Positions 17,361 through 28,308 of a stretch of DNA of 64,000 nucleotides are shown one piece after another (position 1 is the stretch's first letter; every line of letters starts with the position of its first letter). Under the pieces are notes generated by a model. The model was not told the DNA's origin, ran no database searches, and was given only the letters and a program-made list of their open reading frames with translations. The position numbers and the translations under genes are program-made. Source of the DNA: Thermostichus sp. DRC_bins_24 (GTDB taxonomy: Bacteria > Cyanobacteriota > Cyanobacteriia > Thermostichales > Thermostichaceae); assembly GCA_039794845.1 (NCBI GenBank), contig JAUQVK010000035.1, positions 1-64,000 of the forward strand, read 5' to 3'.

Positions 17361-18137
17361 ATGGTTCCTTTTCGGCGGCGCGCCTTGAGACTTTGGGTGA
17401 TGGGCTGGGCGATGGCCCTGGCTTGGGTGGTGGGGGGCTGGGGATCCCTGCCGTTTTGGGCTCCCCATAGCTTTGGGATGGAAACGTTGCAGGCCCAGGC
17501 TCAAACTCAGGCACTGCCGGAGCCGGTTCGCCTGGAATTACCCCCGGGCTTGGCTCGTTACACCTACGATACGTCGGTGGGGGATTATCTGGAGGAGATC
17601 GACCTACGTCTGCCGGGAGGGGCCTATGTGCAGTGGGCGATTTACCCCATTCCGGTCTACATCCAAGCGGATCACCCCCAGTGGAAAACCTTTGTGGAAC
17701 AGGCGGTGAAGGAATGGGCGGTCTACATCCCGATGAGAGTGGTAGCCAAAGAGGAAGATGCTTTTTACGGGCTGAGCATTTACCGTGTCCCTCCGATTGG
17801 AGGTGGGGTGGCAGGGGCAGCCCGTCCGGAGTTTTTCTTCGCTTCTGATGGTTCTTTGCAGCAGCGGGTGCGCATCATCATCGGGGAGGGGCAGGGGTTG
17901 GCGGAGGTGACGGCGGTAGCCCGACATGAGATCGGCCACGGATTGGGGTTGTGGGGGCATAGCCCGAATGTGCGGGATCTGATGTTTGGAGGGCACCATG
18001 CGGCGGCCACGGGCAATCGGCGGGTGCTGCGCCTACCCAAGATCACCAACCGCGACCTGAACACCCTGAAGCGGGTTTACGAACAACCGACGTTGATTGG
18101 ACGGGTGTTTCCCGAGGCTTATCGCCGTTTGTTTTAA
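17361..18137 (+). CDS. Secreted matrixin-family (metzincin) Zn metalloprotease
   Basis: HEIGHGLGLWGHS zinc motif, Met-turn DLM, ITNRDLNTLKRVY, hydrophobic N-terminus. Confidence 0.88.
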   Translation: MVPFRRRALRLWVMGWAMALAWVVGGWGSLPFWAPHSFGMETLQAQAQTQALPEPVRLELPPGLARYTYDTSVGDYLEEIDLRLPGGAYVQWAIYPIPVYIQADHPQWKTFVEQAVKEWAVYIPMRVVAKEEDAFYGLSIYRVPPIGGGVAGAARPEFFFASDGSLQQRVRIIIGEGQGLAEVTAVARHEIGHGLGLWGHSPNVRDLMFGGHHAAATGNRRVLRLPKITNRDLNTLKRVYEQPTLIGRVFPEAYRRLF

Positions 18138-19366
18138 GGGTCTACTCCCTGTTGATCCTGCTGATCCAGAGCACGACTGAGCCAGCGATCCGCCAGCATC
18201 AGGGCGCGTGGCACATGGAAGCAGCCTTTGTAGGGGCCGCCCTTGAACCGCTGCGAGACCCGTCCTTGTCGATCCAGATAGCCAAACCACTCCCCGTATT
18301 CGGGATCCGGAAAATGGGCAAAGGTATAGTCGGCGACTTGCTCAAAACGTCGCCACCACTCCAGGGATCCGGTGGTCACAAAAGCCGCTAGCGTCGCCAC
18401 CAGAGCCTCACAATGGGGCCACCACAGCTTCAGGCTCCACTCCAGTTGCACCGGGGAATAGCCCTCCCGATCCAGAAAATAAAATAGCCCGCCCTCCTCG
18501 GGATCCCACCCCACCTGCAGGGACCAGGCGATCATCTCCAAGGCCATGGTTTGCAGGGATCCCTCCAGAGCCCCCGTCCGTTCCCCGTACTCCAGCAAAA
18601 ACCAGCCGGCTTCAATGGCATGGCCGGGGTTGAGCAGCCGCCCTTCGGGAGAGTTCAGTAGGGATCCGTCGAGGGCGACGGTTTCTAGAACCAGCCTCAA
18701 TTCTGGGCGATGGTGCAGCCGGATACGGGCCAAACACCACTGCTCCTGTTCCGGGTAGGAGCCCGCCAATTCCCCTATCACATTCAGCAAGATCATGGGA
18801 ATGGCCAACTCGCTCACCGCAGGGGATCCCGGCCAACGGGGGCGGCCCAAGGGAAGGGGAGAAGACGGACTGTGACCTACCCAGCTCCAAATGGCAGCAA
18901 ACATCTGTTCGGCTTCCTGTATCAGGCTGGGATCCCCGAACAAACGAGAGCACTCCGCCAGAGCCATCACATAAAAGCACTCCGAGAAAATCTTTCGCTG
19001 TAGGTAAATGGGCTGGCCCTCCCGGCTCAAGCAGAAATACACCCGCTGATCTTGGGGGCGATAGGCAAACCGACGCAAAAAATTCAGGCCCAACAGAGCA
19101 GCTTCCAGCCACCGCTGCCGCTCAGGGTGCTCAGGATACAGTCGGCAAAGACGAGCCAACATCCACACCTGTCGTCCCTGTAGCCAGACATATTTTTTAT
19201 CGTCGTAGCGCTGGCCGTTGCGATCCAGGCAGTTGAAATAGCCGCCGCACTGCCGGTCAAGGGAGTAATTGAGCCAGAAGGGGATGACCTGTTGCCAGAG
19301 TTCCTGTCGGATGCGCTCTTGCCAAGTTTTCAGGGTAACGGACAGATTTGACACGGATTTGACCAA
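18134..19366 (-). CDS. AGE-family epimerase (N-acylglucosamine 2-epimerase-like)
   Basis: GGYFNCLDR, WLQGRQVW, NPGHAIEAGWF, KLWWPHCE, GEWFGYL, KGCFHVPR. Confidence 0.92.
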   Translation of the reverse strand: MVKSVSNLSVTLKTWQERIRQELWQQVIPFWLNYSLDRQCGGYFNCLDRNGQRYDDKKYVWLQGRQVWMLARLCRLYPEHPERQRWLEAALLGLNFLRRFAYRPQDQRVYFCLSREGQPIYLQRKIFSECFYVMALAECSRLFGDPSLIQEAEQMFAAIWSWVGHSPSSPLPLGRPRWPGSPAVSELAIPMILLNVIGELAGSYPEQEQWCLARIRLHHRPELRLVLETVALDGSLLNSPEGRLLNPGHAIEAGWFLLEYGERTGALEGSLQTMALEMIAWSLQVGWDPEEGGLFYFLDREGYSPVQLEWSLKLWWPHCEALVATLAAFVTTGSLEWWRRFEQVADYTFAHFPDPEYGEWFGYLDRQGRVSQRFKGGPYKGCFHVPRALMLADRWLSRALDQQDQQGVDP

Positions 19367-19539
19367 TTGGCCAACATCAAGAGGGCCTGCATCGAACTTA
19401 CGTCTTAAAACTTACATCTTTAAACTTTACATCTTTAAACTGTGGTCTCCTGCTACGGGATCCTTCCGTAGGCTGCACAACCCTTTACGCCAAGGACACA
19501 CCAGCGCGTTCGCCCATAGCGGCCCATAGGGCACCACCG

Positions 19540-19680
19540 GTCACATGGAACAACCGTGGAAGTTGAGATCCCCTCTCTAGAGGGATAGCCCTCCGGGCCC
19601 CGCAGCACCTCGCGGAGGGAAAACAGGAATCACAATCTCTACCGTAGAAAACCCACACAAGGGCTGTAATCTGTAGTCAA
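19540..19680 (+). repeat. Dispersed structured repeat, copy A (TnpB 3' tail / IS200-IS605 right-end-like)
   Basis: Aligns by eye with 44408-44530 (shared GTCA.ATG.AACA...TGGA.GTTGA, GCACCTCGCG, GTAGAAAACCC.C.CAAGGGCTGTAATC). Encodes TTGHME...KQESQSLP* and ends in GTAGTCAA. Confidence 0.65.
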
Positions 19681-19792
19681 ACCTCTAATTTTAGACCGCA
19701 ATACTTCTTCTGTTAAGAAGGGTTAGCAACTCACCCGTTTTTTTGTATCATCTCTTTGCTTAAACCTGAAGAAATTGTTGGAGAAGGTCAGT

Positions 19793-19822
19793 CTTAAACT
19801 TCGCTTGGTCTGCTCTTAATCT
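19793..19822 (+). promoter_or_regulatory. Cyanobacterial pho box (SphR/PhoB site) upstream of phoX
   Basis: CTTAAACT-N3-CTTGGTCT-N3-CTTAATCT: three PyTTAAPyPy(T/A)-like units at 11-bp spacing, followed by a TAGCCT -10-like hexamer at 19831. Confidence 0.75.
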
Positions 19823-19938
19823 TGAGCCACTAGCCTTAGGGTGACCTATTGGATGTGTAATAAAAAAGCACATCAAGTTGGTGTTTTTTCTTGCAAAACA
19901 TCCAAGCATCCAAGAGCTTGACAAGAGGAGAACTCGAC

Positions 19939-21984
19939 GTGAGTATCAACCCGAATAACCCCAAACCTCGTCCTGGGGATGAGCCCATTTGCAATTTCTC
20001 CAACAACCCCACCTTTAGCAGCATCTTAAGCAGTCGGCTGCAGCGTCGCCAGGTGCTCCAGGGTGGGATTGCCGCAGCCGTTGCTTCCTTTTTCGCGGCT
20101 CCTGCGTTGAACATGATCTCGGGTTCGGCCAAGGCTGCCAGCGGCAGCGCTCTGCTGGGCTTCAAGGCCATTCCCGTCAGCGATGAAGATACCCTTGTGG
20201 TGCCGGAGGGCTATACGGCCCGGCCCCTGTTGGCTTGGGGAACCCCCATCACTGGCAACTATCCCGCCTACAAGTTGGAAAACACCGGGGCCGAACAGGG
20301 GATGCAAGTGGGCAGCCACCACGACGGCATGCACTTCTTCCCCATCGAGGGTGAGGATCCCTGGCAGGGCAGTTCCACCGAAGGCCTGCTGGTGATGAAC
20401 CACGAGTATGTGGAGCCACGCTACATGCACGCCGCTGCCGTGGGCCAAAAGCTGGATGCCGATCAATACCCCACCACTGCCGATGGCAAACGGGATCCGG
20501 ATCAGGTGCTGAAGGAACTGAATGCCCACGGGGTGAGTATTGTCCACATTGCCCGCCAAGAAAACGGCACTTGGGAAGTGGTGCGGGACAACCTCAACCG
20601 CCGCATTACCGGCCTTACCCCCATGGAAATTCATGGCCCGCTGCGGGGATCCGACTTTGTCAAAACCAAGTTTAGCCCCGATGGCACCATGACCCGTGGC
20701 ACCTTGAACAACTGTGCCCACGGCGTCACCCCCTGGAATACCTACCTTACCTGCGAAGAAAACTGGGCCGGGTACTTCTCCAACCTCAAGACCGAGGATC
20801 AAAAGCCCAGCTTGCCCCGCGAGCAATCCCGCTATGGGGTGAGCACCGGCACCTCCCGCTATGGGTGGGAATTGGCCAGCAACAATGCGGATGAGTTTGC
20901 CCGCTTCAACGCCACTCCCACGGCGGCCGATGCCACGCAAGACTATCGCAATGAGCCGAATGGGTTTGGTTGGGTGGTGGAAATTGACCCGTTTGATCCC
21001 AACAGCATCCCGAAAAAACGCACCGCCTTGGGTCGGTTTGCCCACGAGGGGGTGGTGTTCCAGCCGCCGGTGGAAGGTCAGCCGGTGGTGGCCTACTCCG
21101 GCGATGATGCCCGCTTTGAATACATCTACAAGTACGTGTCTGCCCAACCTTATGTGAAGGCGACCGCGGGTGGTCATCTGTTGGATAACGGCACCCTATA
21201 CGTGGCCAAGTTCAATGAAGATGGCTCCGGCGAGTGGCTGCCCTTGGTGTTTGGGCAAAATGGCCTCACCCCTGAAAATGGCTTCAACAGCCAAGCGGAT
21301 GTGTTAGTGAATACTCGCACGGCGGCGGATTTCGTCGGGGCCACCAAAATGGATCGTCCAGAGTGGGGAGCTGTGGATCCGAAAACCCGCATGGTGTACT
21401 TCACTCTGACCAACAACAGCCGCCGGGAAGAAGCCCAAATTGATGCGGCCAACCCGCGGGCCAAGAACAACTGGGGACACATCATCCGTTGGAAAGAAGC
21501 CAACAACCAGCCCAGTGCCAAGCGGTTTGAATGGGATATTTTTGTCTTGGCCGGCCCACCCGATGACAGCCGCAAGTTGTCGGGTGAGTCTTTGAATGAA
21601 GACAATATGTTCAATTCTCCCGATGGCCTTTGGTTTGATGCCAGCCGCCGCCTCTGGATTCAAACCGATACTAGCGAAAGTGTGTTGAACCAAGGTGAGT
21701 TTGCCCCGTTTGGCAACAACCAAATGTTGGCAGCTGATCCGGAAAGCGGGGAAATTCGTCGCTTCCTAACCGGCCCGATTGGTCAGGAGATCACGGGTGT
21801 GGTGACAACCCCCGACCAGCGCACCATGTTCATCAACGTGCAGCACCCCGGAGCGAGTACTGGCGAGGAGGAGTTTGCAGCGGGCAATCAAAAGTCCCGT
21901 TGGCCTGACTTCGATAACAACATCTATCCTCGCTCGGCCACGGTGGTGATCACCAAGGATGATGGCGGGATCATCGGTGCCTGA
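19939..21984 (+). CDS. phoX: PhoX-family alkaline phosphatase, Tat-exported
   Basis: GAGGAG RBS before GTG 19939, twin-arginine QRRQVLQG, HHDGM, MNHEY, NNCAHG.TPWNTYLTCEEN, GRFAHEG, MDRPEW, NVQHPG. Confidence 0.95.
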   Translation: MSINPNNPKPRPGDEPICNFSNNPTFSSILSSRLQRRQVLQGGIAAAVASFFAAPALNMISGSAKAASGSALLGFKAIPVSDEDTLVVPEGYTARPLLAWGTPITGNYPAYKLENTGAEQGMQVGSHHDGMHFFPIEGEDPWQGSSTEGLLVMNHEYVEPRYMHAAAVGQKLDADQYPTTADGKRDPDQVLKELNAHGVSIVHIARQENGTWEVVRDNLNRRITGLTPMEIHGPLRGSDFVKTKFSPDGTMTRGTLNNCAHGVTPWNTYLTCEENWAGYFSNLKTEDQKPSLPREQSRYGVSTGTSRYGWELASNNADEFARFNATPTAADATQDYRNEPNGFGWVVEIDPFDPNSIPKKRTALGRFAHEGVVFQPPVEGQPVVAYSGDDARFEYIYKYVSAQPYVKATAGGHLLDNGTLYVAKFNEDGSGEWLPLVFGQNGLTPENGFNSQADVLVNTRTAADFVGATKMDRPEWGAVDPKTRMVYFTLTNNSRREEAQIDAANPRAKNNWGHIIRWKEANNQPSAKRFEWDIFVLAGPPDDSRKLSGESLNEDNMFNSPDGLWFDASRRLWIQTDTSESVLNQGEFAPFGNNQMLAADPESGEIRRFLTGPIGQEITGVVTTPDQRTMFINVQHPGASTGEEEFAAGNQKSRWPDFDNNIYPRSATVVITKDDGGIIGA

Positions 21985-22020
21985 TCAGGATTGATCAAGT
22001 CCGTGACATCCTAAAGTAAT

Positions 22021-22058
22021 GTGGCAGGGATCCCAAATCTCTGCCACTTTTTGCTTTT
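22021..22058 (+). terminator. Rho-independent terminator after phoX
   Basis: GTGGCAGGGAT...ATCTCTGCCAC stem followed by TTTTTGCTTTT. Confidence 0.8.
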
Positions 22059-22107
22059 TCGAATCAAGTCTGGATTAAGTGACTGGGATTTGGATTCCAG
22101 ACCCATC

Positions 22108-23808
22108 TCAATCAAACAACCCCAAATCCGTCACTGCCCCAAGGCTGCTGCTGGAGACCAACTTGGCATATTTGGCCAATGTGCCCCGTTCGTAGCGGGG
22201 TTTGGGGGCAGACCATTTCGCCCGCCGCTGGGCCAATTCTTCGTCGCTCACGTTCAATTGCAGCAGCCGAGCAGGGGCATCGATGGTAATGGAATCCCCT
22301 TCTTCAACCAAGGCAATCGTGCCCCCCACATAGGCTTCTGGGGCCACATGGCCGACCACCAAGCCGTAGGTTCCCCCCGAGAAGCGGCCATCGGTAATTA
22401 AGCCGACGCTATCCCCCAACCCCGCCCCAATAATCGCTGAAGTGGGGGAGAGCATTTCCCGCATGCCTGGGCCGCCTTTGGGCCCCTCGTAGCGCACCAC
22501 CACCACATCGCCTGCTCGGATCTGGCCGGAAAGCACCGCCTGCAAACAGGCTTCTTCCGATTCAAACACTCGAGCTGGCCCGGTGATCCTCGGATTCTTC
22601 ACTCCCGTGATCTTGGCTACAGCACCTTCGCTCGCCAAATTCCCCTTCAAGATTGCCAGGTGGCCTTGGGCATACATCGGGTTATTCCAAGGGCGGATCA
22701 CCTCTTGGTCTGGGCTCGGTTCATCCGGCACTTCTCGCAATACTTCTGCAAGGGTTTGGCCGGAAATGGTCAGGCAGTCTCCATGCAGGAGGCCCTGATT
22801 GAGGAGCATTTTCATCACCTGTGGGATCCCTCCAGCTCGATGCAAATCAGTAGCCACAAAGCGCCCTGAGGGTTTCAAATCACAGAGCACCGGCACCCTG
22901 GCTCGGATTGTCTCGAAGTCATCCAAGGTGAGGGGCACCTCAGCCGCATGGGCAATGGCCAAAAAGTGCAGCACCGCGTTGGTGGATCCCCCCACGGCCA
23001 TGATTACGGCAATGGCATTTTCGATGCTTTGGCGGGTGATGATGTCTCGCGGTCGGATGTTGGCTTTGATTGCTTCCGCCAAAACCTTGGCGGATTCGGC
23101 AGCGCTATCGGCTTTTTCGTCGTCTTCGGCAGCCATCGTAGAGGAATAGGGCAGGCTCATGCCCATGGCTTCAAAGGCGCTGGACATGGTGTTGGCCGTG
23201 AACATGCCGCCGCAGGAGCCGGCTCCAGGGCAAGCATGGCGTTCCACAGCCAACAGCTCTTCCTCTGAGATTCGCCCAGCACTAAACTCCCCTACCGCTT
23301 CAAAGGCACTCACCACCGTCAAGTCGCGGCCATTGTAGTGCCCCGGTTTGATGGTGCCGCCATAGACGAAAATGGCCGGAACGTTGATGCGGGCAATGGC
23401 GATCATCGCCCCTGGCATGTTCTTATCACAGCCACCGATGGCCAGCAGTCCATCCATACTCTGCCCGTTAACCGCCGTCTCAATGGCATCGGCAATCACT
23501 TCCCGTGACACCAGTGAGTACTTCATCCCTTCGGTGCCCATGGAGATGCCATCGCTGATGGTGATGGTGCCAAACATTTGGGGCATGCAGCCGGCAGATC
23601 TCAGGGCGGCTTCGGCGCGGTTGGCTAAGGGTTGGATCCCCATGTTGCAGGGGGTGATGGTGCTGTGGCCGTTGGCAATGCCGACGATGGGTTTGCTGAA
23701 GTCTTCATCTTGAAAGCCCACTGCCCTGAGCATGGCTCGGTTGGGGGAGCGCTGCACCCCTTGGGTGACGACTCGGCTGCGCAGGGGGGAGGAAGAGTTT
23801 GCGGTCAT
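22108..23808 (-). CDS. ilvD: Dihydroxy-acid dehydratase
   Basis: [57 protein letters not shown]. Confidence 0.98.
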   Translation of the reverse strand: MTANSSSPLRSRVVTQGVQRSPNRAMLRAVGFQDEDFSKPIVGIANGHSTITPCNMGIQPLANRAEAALRSAGCMPQMFGTITISDGISMGTEGMKYSLVSREVIADAIETAVNGQSMDGLLAIGGCDKNMPGAMIAIARINVPAIFVYGGTIKPGHYNGRDLTVVSAFEAVGEFSAGRISEEELLAVERHACPGAGSCGGMFTANTMSSAFEAMGMSLPYSSTMAAEDDEKADSAAESAKVLAEAIKANIRPRDIITRQSIENAIAVIMAVGGSTNAVLHFLAIAHAAEVPLTLDDFETIRARVPVLCDLKPSGRFVATDLHRAGGIPQVMKMLLNQGLLHGDCLTISGQTLAEVLREVPDEPSPDQEVIRPWNNPMYAQGHLAILKGNLASEGAVAKITGVKNPRITGPARVFESEEACLQAVLSGQIRAGDVVVVRYEGPKGGPGMREMLSPTSAIIGAGLGDSVGLITDGRFSGGTYGLVVGHVAPEAYVGGTIALVEEGDSITIDAPARLLQLNVSDEELAQRRAKWSAPKPRYERGTLAKYAKLVSSSSLGAVTDLGLFD

Positions 23809-24125
23809 GAGGAAATAGAAACGGGAACAGGAACAGTCAAGAATCCAATGATTGGAGTGGGATTGATCCTATCCTGTTTTTTCCGGTGGGTAGTGCCCAT
23901 CCCAGCAGGCTAAATCTGAAGCAACTCTGTAAGTTCCCACCGAGGGTGAAGATCATCAGCCAGCCTACCTAGTAAAGGGATCCCCATGGGCTGGATCCTG
24001 GCCCCTCAGCTTGCTCTTGAGGTAGCCCAAAGCACAGGGGATCTAGCAGAGAATCTATAGAAGTAGGTCGCTTCTGTGGGATCCCTTTCCTGGCCTTTCC
24101 CCTTCGCACTCGCGAAGCCTAGCCT

Positions 24126-25181
24126 ATGGTTTTGAGTTCTCCCTCCTCCCCTACTGTGTTGCCTAGCAGCACCGAACGAGAGATGTCGCGGGATGTGCTC
24201 ACCCTCTCTCGCCACGTTCTACAGCAGTTTGAAAGTTTTACCGCCGAAGCCCAAGATTTCAGTGCTCTGCTCAACCGCATTGCTCTGGCTGGCAAGATGA
24301 TCGCCCGTCGTTTGGGCCAATCCGGCCTGATCGAAGATGCCCTCGGGATCACCGGCAGCGTCAACGTTCAGGGGGAAGAACAACAGCAAATGGACGACTA
24401 TGCCAACCGGGCCTTTATCCGCGCCCTGGAACAAACGGGCCTGGTGTGTCGGCTGGTGTCTGAGGAGATGAAAACCCCTGCCCGCCTCCCGGAAAACTGC
24501 TCCCTCAGCCGTTTGGCCTTGCTGATCGACCCACTGGATGGCTCTTCCAATATCGATGCCAACCTTACCGTCGGTTCGATTTTCTCGGTACTACGCCCTC
24601 TCGAAAACCGTCCTGAAACCGATAACGAGGATCTGCTGCAACCGGGGCGCAACCAACTGGCGGCGGGCTACATTCTCTACGGCCCCAGCACCCAACTGGT
24701 GTATTCCATCGGCAAAGGGGTGCACAGTTTCACGTTGGATCCCAGCCTGGGAGAGTTTATTCTTTCTCAAAGTCATATTCGCACCCCCGAGCGCGGCTCT
24801 GTTTACAGCCTCAATGAAGGGTATTTCTGCCACTGGAGCGAAGGGATCCAAAACTTTGTCCGGTATGTGCATCGTCGGGATGGCTATACCTCTCGATACA
24901 GCGGCGCCTTGGTGGCGGATTTTCACCGCATTCTGCTGCAGGGGGGGGTTTACCTGTATCCCGGCACCGACAAGAAACCGGAAGGGAAGTTGCGTCTTAT
25001 GTATGAGGCTGCCCCGCTGGCTTTTTTGGCGGAACAGGCGGGGGGCGTGGCCACCACTGGCACGGAGTCGATTTTGGATATTCCTCCCCAAGCCTTGCAC
25101 CAGCGGGTGCCCTTGATCATCGGCAGCCGCGAAAATGTGGCGGAAGTGCTGAACTGCCTGAAGGGTTCCCTAAGTCCCTGA
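24126..25181 (+). CDS. fbp: Class 1 fructose-1,6-bisphosphatase
   Basis: [45 protein letters not shown]. Confidence 0.96.
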   Translation: MVLSSPSSPTVLPSSTEREMSRDVLTLSRHVLQQFESFTAEAQDFSALLNRIALAGKMIARRLGQSGLIEDALGITGSVNVQGEEQQQMDDYANRAFIRALEQTGLVCRLVSEEMKTPARLPENCSLSRLALLIDPLDGSSNIDANLTVGSIFSVLRPLENRPETDNEDLLQPGRNQLAAGYILYGPSTQLVYSIGKGVHSFTLDPSLGEFILSQSHIRTPERGSVYSLNEGYFCHWSEGIQNFVRYVHRRDGYTSRYSGALVADFHRILLQGGVYLYPGTDKKPEGKLRLMYEAAPLAFLAEQAGGVATTGTESILDIPPQALHQRVPLIIGSRENVAEVLNCLKGSLSP

Positions 25182-25238
25182 CTGCTGTTTCCTGATCCCA
25201 TGCCCATCTATCCCATCTCTCCAACCTGAGCTAACCCT

Positions 25239-26792
25239 ATGGTGACCCTGGCTGAAAATCCCCTCCGCGTTGGCCTCAACCAAGAGCGCACTCCGGATCC
25301 CTGTATCTTGGTGCAATTTGGCGCTTCGGGAGACCTGGCAGCTCGTAAGCTGATCCCGGCCTACTATCGACTGTATGTACAACGCCGCCTACCGCCGGAG
25401 TTTACCTTGGTGGGGGTGGCGCGCCGCGATTGGACCCACGAGGTTTACCGTGAAAAAATGCGGGCCGCCATGCAAGAATTTGCCGCCAAAGATCTCGGCC
25501 CTGAGGCCCTCTGGGAAGAATTTGCCAGCCGGTTGTTTTACTGCCGCTTGGATATCGGGGATCCTGACAGCTACAGCCAGTTGAACCAATTGCTCAGCCA
25601 ACTGGATGCAGAACGGGGCACCCGTGGCAACCGGGTCTTTTACCTCGCAGTCTCCCCAGACTTTTATGCCCAGGCCATTCAGCAGTTGGGGGCAGCAGGC
25701 ATGGTGGCGGATCCTGTGAAGACACGGGTGGTGATCGAGAAGCCCTTTGGCCATGACCTGACTTCGGCCCAGGAGTTGAACCGGATTGTGCAGCGGGTGT
25801 GCCAGGAGGAGCAGATCTACCGCATCGACCATTATCTGGGCAAAGAAACGGTACAGAATCTGTTGGTGTTTCGCTTCGCCAATGCCATTTTCGAGCCCCT
25901 CTGGAACCGCAACTTCATCGACCATGTGCAGATTACGGTGGCAGAAACCGTTGGCGTTGAAGATCGGGCCGGGTACTACGATTCTTCCGGTGCGCTGCGG
26001 GATATGGTGCAGAACCATCTGATGCAGGTGTATTGCCTCACGGCGATGGAACCTCCGGTCTCTTTGCGAAGTGACGGGGTACGCAACGAAAAGACCAAGG
26101 TTCTACAGGCCACTCGCCTGGCAGATACGCGCAATGTGGCGGCGGCAGCCGTCCGAGGTCAGTACGGTGCCGGTTGGATGGCGGGCAAACCGGTGGTGGG
26201 CTATCTGCAGGAACCCAACGTGAACCCGGCTTCCACCACTCCCACCTATGTGGCGCTGAAGCTGGAATGCGATACCTGGCGGTGGAAGGGGGTGCCCTTT
26301 TACCTCCGTACCGGCAAACGCCTGCCCAAGAAAATCTCGGAGGTGGCCATTCACTTTAAGCAAGTGCCCCTTTCCCTGTTTCAGTCGGCGGCGCGGGAGG
26401 TGAGTCCCAATATTTTGGTACTGCGCATTCAACCCAATGAAGGGATCTCGCTGCGTTTCGAGGCCAAGATGCCGGGGCCGGAGATCCGCACCCGCTCTGT
26501 GGATATGGATTTTCGCTACGGTTCGGCTTTTGGCGCCGGGACTCCCGATGCCTACGATCGCCTGTTGCTGGATTGTTTGTTGTCGGATCCCACTCTGTTT
26601 ACCCGCGCCGATGAAGTGGAGGCGGCTTGGCGGGTGGTCACCCCGGTGTTATCGGCGTGGGAATCGGAACCCAGCAGCGCCAATGGCAGTGGTGCGGCTC
26701 CACCGATCTACACCTACGAAGCAGGAACGTGGGGGCCAAAGGCTGCCGAAGATCTGCTGGCCCAGTCGGGACGGCGCTGGCGACGACTGTGA
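25239..26792 (+). CDS. zwf: Glucose-6-phosphate 1-dehydrogenase
   Basis: [39 protein letters not shown]. Confidence 0.98.
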   Translation: MVTLAENPLRVGLNQERTPDPCILVQFGASGDLAARKLIPAYYRLYVQRRLPPEFTLVGVARRDWTHEVYREKMRAAMQEFAAKDLGPEALWEEFASRLFYCRLDIGDPDSYSQLNQLLSQLDAERGTRGNRVFYLAVSPDFYAQAIQQLGAAGMVADPVKTRVVIEKPFGHDLTSAQELNRIVQRVCQEEQIYRIDHYLGKETVQNLLVFRFANAIFEPLWNRNFIDHVQITVAETVGVEDRAGYYDSSGALRDMVQNHLMQVYCLTAMEPPVSLRSDGVRNEKTKVLQATRLADTRNVAAAAVRGQYGAGWMAGKPVVGYLQEPNVNPASTTPTYVALKLECDTWRWKGVPFYLRTGKRLPKKISEVAIHFKQVPLSLFQSAAREVSPNILVLRIQPNEGISLRFEAKMPGPEIRTRSVDMDFRYGSAFGAGTPDAYDRLLLDCLLSDPTLFTRADEVEAAWRVVTPVLSAWESEPSSANGSGAAPPIYTYEAGTWGPKAAEDLLAQSGRRWRRL

Positions 26793-26822
26793 TGCGGGAT
26801 CCCCCGCCTTCCTAAGGGATCC

Positions 26823-28184
26823 TCACCGGCGGCCGGCCGTTTGTAAGGCCCGTACCTTGCCGGGGTTCATCAACCCATAGGGATCCACGAGCTGCTTGAA
26901 CTGCAACTGTTGCGGCTCCATCGCCTTGCGCCCCACCTCTTCGTAAACAAAGGCATGCACGTTCGCTCCTACTGCCCCCTCGGCTTCAAAAGCAGCGGCG
27001 ATTTCCTTGAGTCGTTCTGGAGTGGTGAAGCGCACCAACGGTACACCGGCGGGCATCAGCCTGCCATGAATGCGGCGAAACTCGATGTGGATCATCACCT
27101 CCTCTGGAAATTGGCGGTAGAGGCGCTCTAGGTTGTGCAGCTCTGGATCGAAAATGGCCGAGAGATAGGTGAGGGAGGGATCCGCCGTGGTGGCGTGCAG
27201 GGTGGTGTGATTGAAACTGTACTCGATCAGGGTCAGTCCTTTGCCGCTAGATTCAGAAGGTTTGTGGTAGCAAAGCTCGCCACCGTAGTCTTGCACCAGC
27301 CCCAAGAAGGGATCCCAGGTATGGTCAGACACCAATACCAATACGGCATGATGACCGATGGGAATGTAAGACTTCAAGGCAGCAAAATAGGTGGGGATGG
27401 GCCAAGCATGAAGGCTGATCAAGCGGGTGGGGATGCCGTCACAGTTGCCCAACTCGTTGCAGAAGCGGGCCGCCGTCATGAAGTCTTGAAAGCAGACGAT
27501 CCCTTCCGACCAGGGTTGGGCCGGAGCCAGAGCCACTTGCAATTCCGTTAAAATGCCGTTGATGCCCCAGGAATGGGCCACCTTCTGTAGGTCGGATCCC
27601 TGTAGTTCCAGCACCTGCGGCGGCTCCTGCAACGTCACCAGCCGAGCAGCCAGCAGATGCCCCCGCTCAAATTGCAGCCCGTAGGTGGTAGAGCCAGCCC
27701 CGCCACTCCCCCCCGACAGATGCCCCCCCAAGGTGGCGGTGCGAAAGGTAGAGGGCAAAATGCGCATTTCCCAGCCAATGGCCCGCGCTCGTTTTTCTAA
27801 GGTGGCCAGCTTCACCCCCGCCTGCGCCCGTGCGGATCCCGGTTGTACAGAGACTATCTTCGTCAAAGCGCTGGTATCCAGTACCAAGCCCCGCCGTAAC
27901 GGGATCCACTGCCCCTGATTGGCTGAGCCGGATCCCCGCAGGGTGAGGGGGATGCGATGCCGCACACAAACCTGAGCCACCTGCAGAACTTCCGCCTCTG
28001 TTTTCGGGCGTACCACCCCATCCGCACCTTTGCCTTGCAAGACACGATTCAGGATCGGGCTGTAGGTATGTTCAACGCGGGTAAACCGCTCCGTCTGCTC
28101 AGGGCCACGCAACACCTCGATCCCGGCCAACTCGGAAAAGACCTGTTCCCAGGCGATTAGGGGGGCAGAATTCGGTGCAACCAT
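26823..28184 (-). CDS. FAD-binding oxidoreductase (FAD_binding_4 / GlcD-like)
   Basis: VVRPKTEAEV, IPLTLRGSG, ATLGG, C-terminal DPYGLMNPGK. Confidence 0.88.
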   Translation of the reverse strand: MVAPNSAPLIAWEQVFSELAGIEVLRGPEQTERFTRVEHTYSPILNRVLQGKGADGVVRPKTEAEVLQVAQVCVRHRIPLTLRGSGSANQGQWIPLRRGLVLDTSALTKIVSVQPGSARAQAGVKLATLEKRARAIGWEMRILPSTFRTATLGGHLSGGSGGAGSTTYGLQFERGHLLAARLVTLQEPPQVLELQGSDLQKVAHSWGINGILTELQVALAPAQPWSEGIVCFQDFMTAARFCNELGNCDGIPTRLISLHAWPIPTYFAALKSYIPIGHHAVLVLVSDHTWDPFLGLVQDYGGELCYHKPSESSGKGLTLIEYSFNHTTLHATTADPSLTYLSAIFDPELHNLERLYRQFPEEVMIHIEFRRIHGRLMPAGVPLVRFTTPERLKEIAAAFEAEGAVGANVHAFVYEEVGRKAMEPQQLQFKQLVDPYGLMNPGKVRALQTAGRR

Positions 28185-28308
28185 AAGCCGATAGAAAATG
28201 CCTGGGCTTAATCCTGAGGGGCGAACCCCAAGGCTGTGGTGTTGTCAGCTACGAAGTCTGGGCCGGGCTCCCACCTAAAATGCACCATGGTCGAGCTCTC
28301 CGAAATGG

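Noticed and set aside
19405..19441. AAACTT(T)ACATCTTT repeats as a CRISPR array or pho box
   Set aside because: Only about 2.5 adjacent units with no spacers, a ~15-bp rather than 11-bp period, and no cas genes.
20026..21177. Long antisense ORFs (383 aa here; also 56889-58163, 36209-37087, 3362-4165)
   Set aside because: Shadow frames opposite well-supported genes in GC-rich DNA, with no recognisable motifs.
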